Source: an uncultured Erysipelotrichaceae bacterium (GTDB lineage Bacteria > Bacillota_I > Bacilli_A > Erysipelotrichales > Erysipelotrichaceae). From it: 23,290 bases of DNA. Both the position numbers and the translations under genes were made by a program. Positions 21,401 through 23,290 of this stretch are shown here, piece after piece. Location of the stretch: the NCBI GenBank assembly GCA_964436975.1, contig CAYTET010000002.1, positions 13,079-36,368 on the forward strand, written 5' to 3'. Below the pieces are notes generated by a model. That model made no database searches, was not told the origin of the DNA, and saw only the letters and a list, made by a program, of their open reading frames with translations. Within the stretch, counting starts at the first letter, position 1. Every line of letters begins with the position of its first letter.

Positions 21401-23290
21401 TTCTATTACAAGGTTGATCCCGATTACGGCACCAAGCTTTACTACACCCTCAATTATCTGTGCGATAACGGAGACGGTACTTTCAGCACTATCAAGGCTA
21501 CCTACAGATCCGAAAGTGTCTATGCCACTAATGATAAGGTGACCCTGACTGCTCCTGAAGCCACGATCACCGATGGCGCCACCGGCATTGTCTATGATTA
21601 TGTCAAGACAGTCCATGCTTACACCGGAACCGAATATACCGGCACTGACTATCTGACTTCACTGACTATTAACAATAAAGATAACGGAAATGATGTTAAC
21701 TACATCTATGCCAAGCATAAATACACCGTAATCTACGATGCCAATACCGGCAGCGGCAGTGTTCCGACTGACAGCAGCACGTATGTCAATGGATCGGCAG
21801 TCACTGTCCTTGATAAGACGGCTGATCTGGCCAAGACAGGCTATCTGTTCTTAGGCTGGACCACTTCTGCGGTTACCCCGATGGCAACCCAGACTATTCC
21901 TACCGGCATAACGGTCTACAGCAAGGATGATACCCTGACTGTCGGCAATGCCAATGTGACCCTGTATGCCTTATGGGCCGCCGGCTATAAAGTTGTCTAC
22001 GACATCAATGGCGGCACCGGAACCGGGCCGATTGACAATACCCTCTATGTTTCCGGCACCAATGCCACGGTTTTAGGCGACGATGACTTCTCTAAGGAAG
22101 GCTTCAGCTTTGCCGGCTGGCTTTACAGCGGAACTAATTATTCAGCGGGCAATCCGGTCACGGTTGATGTTCCCGAAGTCAAACTGGTAGCCCAGTGGAC
22201 CGCCAATGACTACAGTTATACTATTCACCACTATCTGCTGGGAACAACGGTTAAAGTTGCCGAAGATGAAACCTTAAGTGCCACATTCGGAACATCTGTT
22301 TCACCGACAGCGGCAACGAGCTTTATTGCCGGATTCAATAATCCGGTGGCAACCGCTGACTCACTGGCTTCTTCCATTACAATTGCCGTATCCGGCAATG
22401 AACTGACAGTTTACTACACTGTTGAATTAACACTGACTGCCGGCACATCTTCCAAACCGTATGACGGGGCAGCCTTAACCGACGGTACGATTACCCCGGC
22501 CGGCCTGGTCAACGGTGATACGGCCGATAAGATTTCGGCCAGCATGACGGCTGCCAGCACCATTACCAATGTTGGACAGGTCGCTAACGCAATTAATCAG
22601 ACCACGCTTAAATATGACGGCGCTGATCTGCCTGCATACTACCGTCCGTCATTTGTCGACGGAACGCTGACTGTTACAGCCGTTCAGGGCGTTACAGTAA
22701 CGATTAAGGAAAACGGCGGGACGGCCATCTATGACGGTCAGTCGCACACCGTAAGCGGATATACCATCGTCTCAATCAGCAACCCGCTGTATAAAGCAGC
22801 AGACTTCAGCATATCAGCGAGTGCATCACAGAGTGTAAGCGGCACAGCAGCGGGCACCTACCCGATGGCTTTAACAGCGGCCGACTTCACAAACAACAAC
22901 GCCAACTTCAGCAACGTAACCTTTGTGATCCAGGATAACACCTTAGTTATCAGCCAGAAGGCGCTGACGATCACGGGCGAGACCAAGACAGTGGCCTATA
23001 ACGGATCAGAGCAGAGCATCAGCGGCATTACCGTGACGGGCTTAGTCAGCGGACACAGTCTGGCGGCTGACAGCTTAACGTATATCGCCAAGGGCACCGC
23101 AAAAGGTGAGTATGCCGGTGCGTTCAGCGGAGCAGCCAAGATAGTTGATGGCGACAATAATGATGTGACAGCCAACTATGCGATCACACCAGTTGCCGGC
23201 AAACTGACAATCGAAGCGACCGATGCGGCCGTGGTAGTAACGATTAAGGAAAACGGCGGGACGGCCATCTATGACGGTCAGTCGCACACC
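18332..23290 (+). CDS. Very large secreted multi-repeat surface/adhesin-like protein, 3' end outside window (1653 codons seen)
   Basis: ATG 18332 is preceded by GAGGA/AAGGA (18319-18329). I spot-translated this frame by hand (18332-18610, 19556-20160, and the motif and repeat sites listed here). Codon boundaries held and no stop appeared. The track lists no stop-bounded + strand ORF in this frame. Seven modules carry the aromatic-x-G-W signature of Listeria-Bacteroides (Flg_new) repeats: DGFKFTGW 18641-18664, GYTFTGW 19262-19282, YYFVGW 19787-19804, YEFKGWY 20261-20281, GYVFGGWY 20477-20500, GYLFLGW 21839-21859, GFSFAGW 22100-22120. About ten MucBP-like modules of 65-90 aa are also present (e.g. 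YTVNYEDADGNKLLEP...GYTPDYY...ITFVYTP; YKVNYYQQNVAGDGYDL...VINVYYNR). The C-terminal part consists of YDG/YNG-containing units of about 90 aa. The gene is not in the ORF track because it has no stop in the window. Confidence 0.88.
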   Translation, partial: MKKTVISSIISANRKLLAVVMSLLLCFSMMSFDGILASSEPISGDGGTNNAPTSDVTTGADGGTATNAETFTVTFKDWDGSILGSVQTVEAGQAAVAPDAPTRDGFKFTGWSKTFDNITADTEIIAQYEELETRVITVYYQIESTHATAAPSYVATVQKGNAFKETIVSPVIEGYVASQAQIELDITAVNENLTYYVTYSYSTGTSYKVNYYQQNVAGDGYDLAETVSLTGETGADTAAVAKTYTGFNLKEEIVQSKIAADGTTVINVYYNRQAFYINFILGEGGYGVDPVVALYGSAIDAAAIGTPTRPGYTFTGWDKEIPATMPASNTTITASWTTNQVAYTIVYWGENADDTDYSVLGYDTSKTANAGSEVTVSSYAKSFDYFTFSSAETKTVNGDGSTVINVYFSRNTYKMTFIISQNGQIYRPSNSNYQYRSATVLPVITIGGTAYSVTYSFTAKYESDISSLWPTANNVTTSPKNYSTTYYFVGWSGSSINTSKRLSLTADLIGDKTNNSETQYKAMWNNSTVRYELHYWLMNADMTTYTDSPLYYQVVNYPQTSWNAKDIAGFTFVRQKLGDSANNFVDGNGSNSDPYIVNFYYSRNTYTLSFNNVGSVSSSAKAYEADISGTYTVPDRPSSVPSDYEFKGWYTSSEFVEGTQFNFTGATMPASDLMLYAYWAKPTYDVTVTITIDSIETQYITKGELAVEPELPENPGYVFGGWYLTGTDTPFSFDLPITKAYEIEARWVAKDNVPYTVKYLNSADNSELHAAVNGIGYKDSTITVEAEAINGYLPDKLSKSVVLANATGNEVIFYYTPFISVDYTVNYEDADGNKLLEPVTINTTDSVVTAQFANIPGYTPDYYQKTLRLTNDPSINQITFVYTPNKLVEYKIEYYQQRTSLDGYDLISTTTNTQAVGYTVSTDGKPVPAGFYLRTDISKLSGVVTPTGVTLKVYYDRLKVDYVVHYYKEGTTEMVAVNSDVTGKAYFGTDVTVYYKDFPGFLLIGSQQRTITMQADAADNVEIFYYKVDPDYGTKLYYTLNYLCDNGDGTFSTIKATYRSESVYATNDKVTLTAPEATITDGATGIVYDYVKTVHAYTGTEYTGTDYLTSLTINNKDNGNDVNYIYAKHKYTVIYDANTGSGSVPTDSSTYVNGSAVTVLDKTADLAKTGYLFLGWTTSAVTPMATQTIPTGITVYSKDDTLTVGNANVTLYALWAAGYKVVYDINGGTGTGPIDNTLYVSGTNATVLGDDDFSKEGFSFAGWLYSGTNYSAGNPVTVDVPEVKLVAQWTANDYSYTIHHYLLGTTVKVAEDETLSATFGTSVSPTAATSFIAGFNNPVATADSLASSITIAVSGNELTVYYTVELTLTAGTSSKPYDGAALTDGTITPAGLVNGDTADKISASMTAASTITNVGQVANAINQTTLKYDGADLPAYYRPSFVDGTLTVTAVQGVTVTIKENGGTAIYDGQSHTVSGYTIVSISNPLYKAADFSISASASQSVSGTAAGTYPMALTAADFTNNNANFSNVTFVIQDNTLVISQKALTITGETKTVAYNGSEQSISGITVTGLVSGHSLAADSLTYIAKGTAKGEYAGAFSGAAKIVDGDNNDVTANYAITPVAGKLTIEATDAAVVVTIKENGGTAIYDGQSHT
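22696..22750 (+). repeat. Copy 1 of the 55-nt exact repeat (AGTAACGATTAAGGAAAACGGCGGGACGGCCATCTATGACGGTCAGTCGCACACC)
   Basis: A character-by-character comparison with 23236-23290 gives 55/55 identical bases at an offset of exactly 540 nt. Confidence 0.95.
23236..23290 (+). repeat. Copy 2 of the 55-nt exact repeat, truncated by the window end
   Basis: Identical to 22696-22750. The identity runs to the last base of the window, so the true repeat length is unknown. Confidence 0.95.

Larger units (their letters stand above)
22421..23290 (+). repeat. In-frame tandem array of about 90-aa MBG/YDG-type adhesin repeat units (180-aa super-unit)
   Basis: The units begin VELTLTAGTSSKPYDGAAL.. (22421), VTVTIKENGGTAIYDGQSHTVSG.. 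(about 22690), KALTITGETKTVAYNGSEQSISG.. (about 22956) and VVVTIKENGGTAIYDGQSHT (about 23230). Each ends in a G-x-L-T-V/I motif (DGTLTVTA, NTLVISQ, AGKLTIEA). Confidence 0.6.

Noticed and set aside
22696-23290. The 540-nt-period exact repeat as a CRISPR array or mobile-element terminal repeat
   Set aside because: The repeat is in frame inside a continuous coding sequence and corresponds to repeated protein domains (VTIKENGGTAIYDGQSHT...). The period is far larger than CRISPR repeat-spacer units, and no cas or transposase genes are present.

Overview
This window reads as a chromosomal segment of a moderately GC-rich Bacillota (Firmicutes)-type bacterium. That taxon guess rests only on gene content (DUF951-ychF pair, DarA/PstA-type c-di-AMP receptor, MucBP/Listeria-Bacteroides-repeat surface protein) and cannot be verified here. 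Bases 1 to about 17.9 kb are densely packed housekeeping and metabolic genes, in blocks separated by clear hairpin terminators: [DUF951(partial)-ychF-darA-bactofilin] -> <- [PfkB-like]; [ispF-68aa-130aa] -> <- [GNAT-5'-nucleotidase]; [metG-gltX-S66 peptidase] ->; [GH2 hydrolase] -> <- [araC-fumC-GT4 glycosyltransferase]; [Gfo/Idh/MocA oxidoreductase] ->. At 17.9 kb the character changes. A 405-nt AT-rich non-coding stretch with a near-consensus promoter is followed by a very large + strand gene (18332 to the window end, 1653 codons, no stop). The ORF track does not list this gene. It encodes a signal-peptide-bearing, multi-repeat adhesin-like protein whose C-terminal repeats are nucleotide-identical at a 540-nt period. 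I found no rRNA or tRNA genes, CRISPR array, transposase or integrase, or recognisable defence or toxin-antitoxin system. I cannot point to a clear-cut novel multi-gene system. The best follow-up candidates are the giant adhesin locus with its leader, the translationally coupled metG-gltX-S66 (MccF/LdcA-family) operon with atypical synthetase features, and the darA-bactofilin coupling. Six ORF-track starts looked over-extended and were trimmed to Shine-Dalgarno-supported ATGs. All family calls are by-eye motif recognition and need HMM or BLAST confirmation.
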